A DNA stretch of 64,000 nucleotides. It comes from an uncultured Methanosarcinales archaeon. Lineage in GTDB: Archaea; Nanobdellota; Nanobdellia; Woesearchaeales; WJKR01. Below the pieces are notes generated by a model, which did not search any database, was not told the origin of the DNA, and was given only the letters and a program-made list of their open reading frames with translations. Location of the stretch: the NCBI GenBank assembly GCA_964556395.1, contig CAZKVR010000003.1, positions 30,715-94,714 of the forward strand, given 5' to 3'. A program made the position numbers and the translations under genes. Positions 57,673 through 64,000 of this stretch are shown piece by piece (position 1 is the stretch's first letter; the number at the start of each line of letters is the position of its first letter).

Positions 57673-58473
57673 TCACACCTCGTCGTCGAACATTCGTTTG
57701 AGTTCGAAGCACACCGCTTGTTGGTTCACCCTGATGTCGCGTGGGCAGAGGGTGTGCTCCAGACGTGGTTCGAGTGCCTCGGCGTCGTTTATTAAGTTTT
57801 CCTTCTCCTGTTCAGTCGCGTATCGTGCGATGACGTTGTAGCCAGCCTTATCGGGGTGGATGAGGTCGTATCGTCGTAGGTGTTGTTTGAGCTTGTTCGC
57901 GCGGTGCTTCATCGCAGTCGTCCTTCTTTTTATGGTTTCGAGCAGTCTGGTGAGCCGTTCCCAGTCGAGGCTTGGCTCGTCCTCGTCCAGGGGGTGGTCG
58001 GTGGCGATGAAGCCTCCTTGTCTGAGAGGTATGGGTTTCCATTTTCCGAAGCTGCCGATGATGATGTCGCCTTCCTTGGCGGCTGGCGTGCCGATGCTGG
58101 CTGCGGTGTCGTTGATGAGGAGGATGCCTTGTTCCTTGCACTTCTCCGCGATGGCTTTAGCAGGGATGGTGAAGGCGTAGGCTGGGAGGGTGTTGATGAG
58201 GAGGACTGTCTTGTCGTCGCCTGTTGTCATGTCCGGCGTGATGAGGCCTGCGTCGGTCTTCAACGTCCTTATAGTGTAGCTGGCCTTCTCGCCGAGGGGC
58301 TTGTAGGTGAGCCAGCCCGCCTGGTCAGGGATGAGGAGCTCTTCCCTCTTTTTCCTTGCGAGGGATAGCGCTTTCTTGATGGCGTGGTTTCCTTTGGCAG
58401 TGAAGGCTATGTGGGGCTTGCCGGTGAGCTTTCTTAAATGAGCCCGTGCGGCTTCACGTTGTCGTCCGTCCAT
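57673..58473 (-). CDS. Short DegT/DnrJ/EryC1-like PLP-dependent aminotransferase-fold protein
   Basis: GSFGKWKPIPLRQGGFIAT resembles SFHxxK..GEGG with the PLP lysine. N-terminal A..G.HAI..AL. Only 266 aa. Confidence 0.35.
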   Translation of the reverse strand: MDGRQREAARAHLRKLTGKPHIAFTAKGNHAIKKALSLARKKREELLIPDQAGWLTYKPLGEKASYTIRTLKTDAGLITPDMTTGDDKTVLLINTLPAYAFTIPAKAIAEKCKEQGILLINDTAASIGTPAAKEGDIIIGSFGKWKPIPLRQGGFIATDHPLDEDEPSLDWERLTRLLETIKRRTTAMKHRANKLKQHLRRYDLIHPDKAGYNVIARYATEQEKENLINDAEALEPRLEHTLCPRDIRVNQQAVCFELKRMFDDEV

Positions 58474-58667
58474 GGTGACGATTATGGAAGAAAGGTCTTT
58501 TTATAAGCGTTGGGTTGTGATTGTTTCAGGAACATTTTGTCATGGTGCAGACGCCTCGCCGAGCCAGGGAAACCCTTCCATAGTTGAAAATAATTATAGG
58601 ATATATGCGTTGAAAAACGCCACATCAAACACATGATTTTTTCAAGATATAGACCATCACACACAAA

Positions 58668-58680
58668 CATATTTAAACAA
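58668..58680 (+). promoter_or_regulatory. TATA box (CATATTTAAACAAG) for nrdR, about 105-nt leader containing repeats
   Basis: Position relative to ATG 58786. Confidence 0.4.
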
Positions 58681-58713
58681 GCAAGGAGAGCAACGAACAC
58701 TAGATATAGGGTT

Positions 58714-58770
58714 CCGGAACAAGCCGGAACACTACCAATAGTATCACCGGATGACGACAACACATCCGGA
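58714..58770 (+). promoter_or_regulatory. Candidate operator: direct repeat CCGGAACA-AG-CCGGAACA followed by inverted repeat CCGGATG-N9-CATCCGG
   Basis: Seen directly. Located between the TATA box and the nrdR start codon. Confidence 0.35.
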
Positions 58771-58785
58771 CGTGAGGTCTGAAAG

Positions 58786-59259
58786 ATGCGCTGCCCGTAC
58801 TGCAACCACCCGGAAACAAAGGTGCTCGAGACGCGAGAAGCGGAGAGCAACACCCGCAGGCGCAGGGAGTGCCAGAAGTGCAGCAAACGCTTCACCACGT
58901 ACGAAGAGATAGAGCTCACGAACATCTACGTGCTGAAGAAGAACGGGAGCAAACAGGAATTCAACCGGCAGAAACTGCTCCACGGCATGCTACGGGCGTG
59001 CGAGAAGAGACCCATCACAGTCGAAGAACTGGAGACGGTCGCGGACGAGATCGAGACCAAGCTGCGCAACCACAAGAAGAACGAAGTGCGCAGCACACAC
59101 ATCGGAGAGATGATCATGAGACGGCTGAGGAAGCTCGACCACATAGCATACCTCAGGTTCGCCTCGGTCTACCGAGACTTCGAAGACATCGACACGTTCC
59201 ACGACGAGCTCCAGCAACTCCTCGAGAAGGACAAGGCGAAGAAAGCAGTATCAAGATGA
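58786..59259 (+). CDS. nrdR: Transcriptional repressor NrdR (zinc ribbon + ATP-cone)
   Basis: MRCPYCNHPETKVLETR....CQKCSKRFTTYE, then ATP-cone. 157 aa. Confidence 0.9.
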   Translation: MRCPYCNHPETKVLETREAESNTRRRRECQKCSKRFTTYEEIELTNIYVLKKNGSKQEFNRQKLLHGMLRACEKRPITVEELETVADEIETKLRNHKKNEVRSTHIGEMIMRRLRKLDHIAYLRFASVYRDFEDIDTFHDELQQLLEKDKAKKAVSR

Positions 59260-61298
59260 AAGGTGACAACATGAGCGAGGTACGAGACCAGAAAACCATG
59301 ATCGACTACGGCGTGCAAGGACAAGACCTGCACGCGGAAGAAGCGCCCAGCAGCGTGTTCTTCACACTCGACGACGACTTCGTAAGCCAGTACAAAGGCA
59401 AGCAGCCGGAATGGGGCCCGATAGGGTACGTCACGTACAAGCGCACCTACGCCCGGCCACTGCCGGAAGGAGGCACGGAGGAGTTCTGGCAGACCGTCAA
59501 GCGCGTCGTCGAAGGAGTCTTCACCATCCAGAAGAACCACTGCAGGGTCAACCAACTACCATGGATAGAAGAGAAAGCGCAGAAATCCGCCCAGCGCATG
59601 TTCGAGCTCATGTGGCAGTTCAAGTTCACACCACCCGGCAGGGGGTTGTGGATGATGGGCACCGACTACATGTACAAGCGCGGAGGAGCCGCGCTGAACA
59701 ACTGCGCGTTCTGCAGCACCGAGCACATCGACATCAGCTTCGCAGAACCGTTCTGCTTCCTCATGGACATGAGCATGCTCGGCGTCGGCGTCGGCGGCGA
59801 CACCAAAGGGGCAGGGAAGCTCACCATCAAGCAGCCCGAGATCGAAGACCGCGTCTACGTGGTGGACGACTCGCGGGAAGGATGGGGCGAGATCCTCAGG
59901 ACAGTCCTGAAAGCATACTCCGGAGAGGGCAAGATGCCAGCCAAGATCAGCTACGACCAGGTCCGACCGGCAGGAGCCCCCATCAAGACGTTCGGCGGCA
60001 CCGCGTCAGGCCCGGGACCGCTCATCGAGATGGTCGAGAGCATCAAGAAACTCCTCGACCAGCGCGTCGGACAGACCATCACGAGCGGCGACATCGTCGA
60101 CATCTTCAACCTCGTCGGACGATGCGTCGTCTCCGGCGGCGTGAGGCGCACCGCGGAGATCATGTTCGGAGAGCACGACGACACCGGTTTCATGCAGCTC
60201 AAGGACCCGGACAAGCACCGGGAAGAGCTCATGCACCACCGGTGGGCGAGCAACAACAGCATCTTCGCAAAGGTCGGGATGGACTACACCGACGTGGCGG
60301 AGCGGACGGCGAAGAACGGCGAGCCAGGCTACATGTGGCTGGAGAACGCGCAGAAATACTCCCGGATGGGCCGCAAGCCCGACTTCAAGGACATCCGGGC
60401 GATGGGCGGCAACCCTTGCCTGGAACAGACGCTCGAACCCTATGAATTGTGCTGCCTGGTCGAGACCTACCCGTCGAAGCACGAGACCCTCGAGGAGTGG
60501 CAGGAGACGCTCAAGTACGCCTACCTCTACGCCAAGAGCGTGACGCTCGTGCCGACGCACAACAAGCTGACCAACGCCGTCATGCTCAGGAACCGCCGTA
60601 TAGGATGCAGCATGAGCGGCATCACCCAGGCGTTCACCAAGTTCGGACGCCGCCAGATGCTCAACGCGTCGGACAAGGGGTACGACGTGATACAGCACTA
60701 CGACGAGGTCTACTCGGAATGGCTGTGCGTCCCGCGGTCGGTGAAGACGACGAGCGTCAAGCCGTCAGGGACCGTGTCGTTGTTGGCGGGCGTGACGCCG
60801 GGCATCCACTACCCTACGGCACAGTATTATATCAGGAACATCCGGTTCCAGGAAGGCAGCAAGCTCTTGGACGAGCTGCGGGCGGCCGGCTACAAGGTGG
60901 AGAAGGACAAGTACTCGCTCAACACCTACGTCGTCTCGTTCCCGGTCAAGGAGGAGTACTTCGACCGGAGCGTCGAGGACGTGAGCATGTGGGAGCAGCT
61001 CGAAAACGCCGCCCAGATCCAATCGCATTGGGCTGACAACCAGGTCTCGGTGACCATCACGTTCTCGGAAGACGAGGCGAAGGACATCAAGAACGCCCTG
61101 GAACTCTACGAGAGTCGCTTGAAAGGCGTGTCGTTCCTGCCGAAGATGGACCACGGCTACGAGCAGGCGCCGTACATCCCTATCAGCAAGGAGGTCTACG
61201 AGGAGATGAAAGCCAAGGTGCGTCCGCTCCAGTCGCTCTCGGAAGCGGAGCATGAGGTCACCGACAAGTTCTGCACGACCGACAAATGTACGCTCTGA
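59256..61298 (+). CDS. nrdJ: Ribonucleotide reductase, class II (adenosylcobalamin-dependent), NrdJ-like
   Basis: PGRGLWMMG, NNCAF and C-terminal redox Cys pair CTTDKC. ATG overlaps the nrdR stop (ATGA). Confidence 0.8.
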   Translation: MKGDNMSEVRDQKTMIDYGVQGQDLHAEEAPSSVFFTLDDDFVSQYKGKQPEWGPIGYVTYKRTYARPLPEGGTEEFWQTVKRVVEGVFTIQKNHCRVNQLPWIEEKAQKSAQRMFELMWQFKFTPPGRGLWMMGTDYMYKRGGAALNNCAFCSTEHIDISFAEPFCFLMDMSMLGVGVGGDTKGAGKLTIKQPEIEDRVYVVDDSREGWGEILRTVLKAYSGEGKMPAKISYDQVRPAGAPIKTFGGTASGPGPLIEMVESIKKLLDQRVGQTITSGDIVDIFNLVGRCVVSGGVRRTAEIMFGEHDDTGFMQLKDPDKHREELMHHRWASNNSIFAKVGMDYTDVAERTAKNGEPGYMWLENAQKYSRMGRKPDFKDIRAMGGNPCLEQTLEPYELCCLVETYPSKHETLEEWQETLKYAYLYAKSVTLVPTHNKLTNAVMLRNRRIGCSMSGITQAFTKFGRRQMLNASDKGYDVIQHYDEVYSEWLCVPRSVKTTSVKPSGTVSLLAGVTPGIHYPTAQYYIRNIRFQEGSKLLDELRAAGYKVEKDKYSLNTYVVSFPVKEEYFDRSVEDVSMWEQLENAAQIQSHWADNQVSVTITFSEDEAKDIKNALELYESRLKGVSFLPKMDHGYEQAPYIPISKEVYEEMKAKVRPLQSLSEAEHEVTDKFCTTDKCTL

Positions 61299-61300
61299 AC

Positions 61301-61867
61301 ATGGCAACGGAAAGTCCTGACGAGTTGCGCGAGAAGCTCGGCCTGGTGCACGTGTACACGGGCAACGGGAAGGGCAAGACCACGGCAGCCCTCGGGCTGG
61401 CGATGCGGGCGTTGGAGCACGGGCTCAACGTCTCCATGGTCCAGTTCCTCAAAGGAGGGTTGTACGTCGGGGAATTGTTGGCGCCCGCCCGTTTTTCAGG
61501 GCAGTTCTCCATAGACCAGTTCGGGAAAGGGTCTGAGGACGAGCCGCACTACGATGACTTCGAGCCTGACGAGGCTGACCGGGAGCGGGCGTTGCGCGGG
61601 CTGGAGCGGGCGCGGGAGCTGATGCGGCAAGGGCAAGCCGATGTCTTGATACTGGACGAGGTGCACGTGGCGTTGCAGTTGGGACACCTGGATGTGTCCG
61701 AAGTGCTCGACGTGATGAGGGAGAAGCCCGAACGGATGGAGCTGGTGTTGACGGGGAGGCACGCGCCGAAAGAACTGGTCGAGGCTGCTGATTACGTGAC
61801 CGAGATGCGGGCGCACAGGCACCCCTACAACAAGGGGATCCTCGGCCGGAAGGGCGTGGATTACTAG
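61301..61867 (+). CDS. cobO: Cob(I)alamin adenosyltransferase (CobA/CobO/BtuR family)
   Basis: HVYTGNGKGKTTAALGLAMRA P-loop signature. Starts 3 nt after the nrdJ stop. Confidence 0.85.
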   Translation: MATESPDELREKLGLVHVYTGNGKGKTTAALGLAMRALEHGLNVSMVQFLKGGLYVGELLAPARFSGQFSIDQFGKGSEDEPHYDDFEPDEADRERALRGLERARELMRQGQADVLILDEVHVALQLGHLDVSEVLDVMREKPERMELVLTGRHAPKELVEAADYVTEMRAHRHPYNKGILGRKGVDY

Positions 61868-62271
61868 AGCCTCTCGTATTGTTCCTTCTGATAGTCGAAG
61901 TGGACCGCGTCTCCTTCGCGGATGTCGCCGTCGCGGGTGAACGGCCTGCGGGTCGTCAACAGCGAGGCGTACATGCCGGCCACCTTCGGCGGGGCGACGA
62001 GGGCTATGACGTCGGCGTCCTTCTCTTCCACGAGGCTTGAGATGTCGAGGAGCTGCCGCGGCAAGACGCACCCGTCCTCGTTGAGCCGTCCGCGGAACTC
62101 TATCTTTTTCTGGCCGTACGCCTCGGCGACGCGCTTGGCGGCGAGGACTGACTGGTCGTCCTCGGACGAGTAGAACCTGTACGTGGATGCCTGGCCGTCG
62201 ACGGCTTCCTTCATGCGTTTGACGAGGCCGTCGTCGCACGAGCGCGTGGGCACGACGAAGAGGTGCTTCAT
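61864..62271 (-). CDS. Hypothetical protein (135 aa)
   Basis: TATA GTCTTATATAGG 25-35 nt upstream. No family recognised. Confidence 0.3.
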   Translation of the reverse strand: MKHLFVVPTRSCDDGLVKRMKEAVDGQASTYRFYSSEDDQSVLAAKRVAEAYGQKKIEFRGRLNEDGCVLPRQLLDISSLVEEKDADVIALVAPPKVAGMYASLLTTRRPFTRDGDIREGDAVHFDYQKEQYERL

Positions 62272-62316
62272 GTGACGAGGGGTATGAAGAGGAGTCTTAT
62301 ATAGGTTGCGACTGGT

Positions 62317-62622
62317 TCAGAGCCTGAGGAGGGCTATGAGTATGACGACGCTGAAGCCGAGGAAGCCTGCCGAGATGAGGAGGTTGTGCCACCACCGCAT
62401 CCGGAATTTCAGCAGGTGATAGTTGTGCAGGCTGAACAGGCCTGACAGGAGGAGGGCGAGGATGCCGATGATGACCCAGGCGCCGTAGGCGAGGCCTGAC
62501 CAGTCGTTGGCGGCGCGGGCCTTGACGAAGGCTGTTATGGTCACCGCTAGCGGTAGGGTGTAGAGGGAGAGGTGCTCGTCGACCAACCTACCAAGAGTCC
62601 AGGTGGATCCTTGCTGCGTCAT
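62317..62622 (-). CDS. Hypothetical membrane protein
   Basis: Three hydrophobic helices. Confidence 0.35.
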   Translation of the reverse strand: MTQQGSTWTLGRLVDEHLSLYTLPLAVTITAFVKARAANDWSGLAYGAWVIIGILALLLSGLFSLHNYHLLKFRMRWWHNLLISAGFLGFSVVILIALLRL

Positions 62623-63094
62623 GCTTCTGCTTCACCTCCGGCTGGTGCGCCGGTACGCCTACCGGGATGACGTTGAGGGGTGTGACGTGTTCCGGGATGC
62701 CGAGTGTTTCCCTGACGACCCTTATCTTCTCTTCTGCGGGGTGGACGGCGGTCCAGACACCCCCTAATCCTTGGGCGTGGGCTGCGAGGAGGAGGTTCTC
62801 CGTGGCGGCGCAGCAGTCCTCCACCCAGTACTTCTCGCGGTTGTCGCCGCACACGACGACGCCGAGGCCTGCTTGGACGAGCATCTTGGTGTGCGGGAGG
62901 CCTTGCTGGAGCTTTTCGAGTTTCTGCTGGTCCTTGACGATGACGAAGTGCCAGGGTTGGCGGTTGCGGCCGGACGGGGCGGCCATGGCGGCTTCGAGGA
63001 GCTTGTCGAGCTTGTCTTGGGGGACCGGGTCTCCAGTGAAGGACCGGATGCTCGTCCGCGTGAGGATCGCGTCCATCATTGTCATGAGACCCAT
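62588..63094 (-). CDS. Nitroreductase family protein
   Basis: RTSIRSF, AAPSGRNRQPWHFV motifs. Confidence 0.8.
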   Translation of the reverse strand: MGLMTMMDAILTRTSIRSFTGDPVPQDKLDKLLEAAMAAPSGRNRQPWHFVIVKDQQKLEKLQQGLPHTKMLVQAGLGVVVCGDNREKYWVEDCCAATENLLLAAHAQGLGGVWTAVHPAEEKIRVVRETLGIPEHVTPLNVIPVGVPAHQPEVKQKHDAARIHLDSW

Positions 63095-63127
63095 AGGTTG
63101 TGGCTTAAATGTTTTTCCCCAACAATG

Positions 63128-63137
63128 CTTTTATAGG
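63128..63137 (+). promoter_or_regulatory. TATA box (GCTTTTATAGGG) for leaderless tdk
   Basis: 23-32 nt upstream of ATG 63160. Confidence 0.45.
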
Positions 63138-63159
63138 GTTTGCGTGTTCTCTCTCCCTG

Positions 63160-63762
63160 ATGAGCGAGCATCAATCCCTGCCATTCTTTCCGGAACAGTA
63201 CATCCCTGGCTGGCTGGAGGTGTACGCGGGTCCGATGAGGTCTGGCAAGAGTTCCGAGATCAGGAACCGGTTCTCGAAGCTGGAGCCTGCAGGGTTAGGT
63301 TATAAGCGTTTCCAGCCGTCGTTGAACGAGCGCGACTCAGGGAATGGGATTACTACTCGGAACGGCGACACGTTCGAGGCCATCAAGATCGTCCAGCCGT
63401 ACGAGGTGTTCGACTACCTCAAGGAGGGTATTCCTCAGGATGGCGTCCATGTCGTCGGGTTCGACGAGGCCCAGTTCTTCCCGGATTCGATAGAACAGGT
63501 GGTGGAGGGGTTGTTGTTGCAGGACCGCAACGTCGTCGTGGCTGGTTTGGACCTTGATTCTGAGAAGGAGACGTTCGGCAGCATGGGACGCCTCATGGAG
63601 CTGGCTGATTACGTGAAGAAATTGCATGCCGTGTGCGAGGGTTGCGGCGACCGGCCTGCGAGGTACACGTACTTCAAGGGCGGGAAGAAGGATCAGGTCT
63701 TGGTCGGGGATGAGGTGTACGACGTGCTGTGCCGCGGGTGCTACGACTCCCGTTCTGGTTGA
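63160..63762 (+). CDS. tdk: Thymidine kinase
   Basis: Start trimmed to MSEHQS. P-loop GPMRSGKSSEI. VVGFDEAQFF. C-terminal zinc Cys pairs CEGCG...CRGC. Confidence 0.85.
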   Translation: MSEHQSLPFFPEQYIPGWLEVYAGPMRSGKSSEIRNRFSKLEPAGLGYKRFQPSLNERDSGNGITTRNGDTFEAIKIVQPYEVFDYLKEGIPQDGVHVVGFDEAQFFPDSIEQVVEGLLLQDRNVVVAGLDLDSEKETFGSMGRLMELADYVKKLHAVCEGCGDRPARYTYFKGGKKDQVLVGDEVYDVLCRGCYDSRSG

Positions 63763-64000
63763 AGGAGTTTCTGTGCGAGGAGGTAGAGGTTGTACGCGTC
63801 CGCCTCGTTGTATTCTAAGAGGAGGTCGAGGTAGTAGTCGTCGCCGGAGCCGCGCCACATCCGGTAGAGGAGCGCCGGGTCGCCTCCTTTGAGGGTGATG
63901 TCGAGTTTCTCCTCGTAGTCTCTCGTGATGCCTAGTCTTTTTTCTGTTTCCTTGAGGCCTCCTTCGTAGCCTTGTCTCCGGGCGAGGGTTTTCAGGTCTA
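63741..64000 (-). CDS. 3'-5' exonuclease domain protein (DEDDy/RNase D-like), C-terminal fragment. The N-terminus lies beyond the window end.
   Basis: My own translation: ...DLKTLARRQGYEGGLKETEKRLGI...YNEADAYNLYLL gives a Y-x3-D Exo III motif. Convergent 22-nt overlap with the tdk 3' end. Confidence 0.5.
   Translation of the reverse strand, partial: DLKTLARRQGYEGGLKETEKRLGITRDYEEKLDITLKGGDPALLYRMWRGSGDDYYLDLLLEYNEADAYNLYLLAQKLLQPERES

Noticed and set aside
56917-57795. 292-aa plus-strand ORF
   Set aside because: Antisense to two compact minus-strand genes (a 121-aa protein and a 4x CxxC zinc-ribbon protein) that have TATA boxes and protein-like composition.
59411-60445. 344-aa Arg/His-rich ORF
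   Set aside because: Alternative frame of nrdJ. Composition is implausible for a protein.

Overview
This window reads as a high-GC (about 60%) archaeal chromosomal segment. Evidence for an archaeon: AT-rich TATA/BRE-like boxes sit about 25 nt upstream of mostly leaderless start codons, and oligo-T tracts follow genes. TFB, RpoL, class III signal-peptide pilins, an archaeal-type AlaRS and PTH2 are present. A class II LysRS and a GyrB suggest a DPANN- or Thermoplasmata-like lineage. Core informational genes are densely packed: ileS, lysS, alaS, metG, gyrB, srp54, tfb, rps15, rpoL, map, pth2, a tRNA-Arg(GCG) and a signal peptidase. Accessory content is interleaved with them: three or four archaeal type IV pilin genes, and two giant secreted proteins in one operon. 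There is a large 1064-aa metallophosphoesterase-domain protein, and two compositionally AT-rich islands. A dNTP module (nrdR, nrdJ, cobO, tdk) carries a repeat-containing candidate operator. The most interesting signal is a candidate C-terminal peptide-tagging or amino-group-carrier system. It consists of lysS, a retropepsin-like protease and a RimK-like ATP-grasp ligase with a C-terminal extension. The fourth component is an ORF absent from the six-frame track: a 58-aa zinc-ribbon protein ending in ...DLSDEEFEE (LysW- or S6-tail-like) with its own TATA box. About 14 kb away a DUF1704 (QEGLA/HExxH, MATCAP-like) metallocarboxypeptidase pairs with a C39-like papain-fold protein whose catalytic Cys appears replaced by Thr. 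I found no CRISPR arrays, rRNA genes, transposases or integrases.
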